64,000 bases of DNA, taken from contig CAKKNE010000002.1 of assembly GCA_918797485.1 (NCBI GenBank), positions 1,612,001-1,676,000 on the forward strand, read 5' to 3'. Shown in pieces: positions 63,159 through 64,000 of this stretch. Source of the DNA: Pelagomonas calceolata. Lineage: Eukaryota. The notes beneath the pieces are model-generated. The model had not been told where the DNA came from, did not search any database, and saw only the letters and a list, made by a program, of their open reading frames with translations. How positions within the stretch are numbered: the stretch's first letter is position 1; each line of letters begins with the position of its first letter. The translations under genes were made by a program, and so were the position numbers.

Positions 63159-64000
63159 TCATCGTCGCCCGAAGTCCGCCGCGAGCAGCTCGCGCGTGGA
63201 CCTCTCCTCCGACGGCGGCGGCGGCGGCGCGCCGGCGGCGGCGCAGAGGTCGTCGAGCGCGGCCGCCCGCGCCGCGCGCGCGCCGTCGACGGCCACCTTC
63301 GCGGCCGGCAGCAGGTCCCGCAGGCGCGCGGCCGCCGCCGCCGCCGCGTCGCCGCGCGCCGCGTCGGCCGGCCCGGCCTCGTCAGCCTCAAACCCCCCCG
63401 CGGCGGCCAGCGCGAGGCGCAGCCGCTTCTCCCGTTCAATGGAAGCCTCCAGCTTGCTCTCCAGCGTCTCTTTGACCGCCGCCGCGGCGTCGAGCGCGGC
63501 GACCTTAAGGAGGTCGTGCAGGTGCGCGAACGCCGCGGCCGCGCGCAGCTCCTCCTCGACGGCCTCGCGACACTTCACGGCCGCGGCGCCGACGGCGGCA
63601 TTTACAACAGGTTCACCGACGACCTCCTCATCCACTTGACAACCGCGGCTCACGCCCGGCCGCCGCAGCTCCGCGAGCTGCGCTCTCAACTCAGCCACGG
63701 CGCCCCGCTCGCGTCTTACCGCATCCTCGGCGGCGTCCCGCTCCGATTCGATCGACGCGAGCCGCGCGTTCGCCAGCTTCAGCGCATCCCTTTCATTCGC
63801 CGCGGCCTGGTGGAGCCGCGCCTGGCGCAGCGCGTCGTCGGCGGCGGCGCAAAAGGCCGCGCTCGCGGCGTCGTCTCTCATATCTTCCAGGGCGTTCTCG
63901 TAGGCGAAGCGCTCTTTCTGCGCTTGCCGGTAGGCGGCCAGCTCGCGCTCGAGCTCATCAATGCGCTGCGCGTCGCCGCGCGCCGCCAGCTCCCGCGCGA
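63159..64000 (-). CDS. Ala-rich coiled-coil protein, 5' partial
   Basis: Frame open to the window end; heptad pattern. Confidence 0.6.
   Translation of the reverse strand, partial: ARELAARGDAQRIDELERELAAYRQAQKERFAYENALEDMRDDAASAAFCAAADDALRQARLHQAAANERDALKLANARLASIESERDAAEDAVRRERGAVAELRAQLAELRRPGVSRGCQVDEEVVGEPVVNAAVGAAAVKCREAVEEELRAAAAFAHLHDLLKVAALDAAAAVKETLESKLEASIEREKRLRLALAAAGGFEADEAGPADAARGDAAAAAAARLRDLLPAAKVAVDGARAARAAALDDLCAAAGAPPPPPSEERSTRELLAADFGRR

Noticed and set aside
1..64000. CRISPR array, rRNA or tRNA genes, prokaryotic Argonaute operon
   Set aside because: No regularly spaced repeats or RNA gene signatures seen; the context is eukaryotic (introns, histones) and the AGO has eukaryotic features

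Overview
GC-rich, gene-dense eukaryotic nuclear DNA, most likely from a pelagophyte alga (Pelagomonas/Aureococcus-like). This is inferred from introner-type introns, an LHC gene and ciliary genes, and was not confirmed by any search. About 30 protein genes are visible, including a kinase, JMJD8-like, EEF1AKMT1, LRR, TLDc, CFAP97-like, BABAM1, CEP162-like, histones H2A/H2B, HYKK-like, LHC, a CNG/EAG-type channel, CEP164, RCC1, YHS, EF1B, COMT-like and PGAM. The best candidate for an undescribed system is an intronless gene fusing a Thg1-type 3'-5' RNA polymerase domain to two dsRBD-like domains and a PAZ domain (11504-13921). It lies 2.3 kb from an intronless Argonaute whose slicer residues are replaced (16209-19313), suggesting a small-RNA 5'-end-editing pathway. 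A second candidate is a membrane receptor joining an extracellular dCache domain with an amino-acid-binding motif to a cytoplasmic RelA/SpoT-like nucleotidyltransferase (44347-48435). Non-coding highlights are a recurrent promoter-proximal CTAGCG..TAAGACACTAG motif (10 copies), TIR/TSD introners, a 506-bp MITE with an 8-bp TSD, a palindromic histone promoter and histone 3' stem-loops. All domain calls come from reading motifs by eye.
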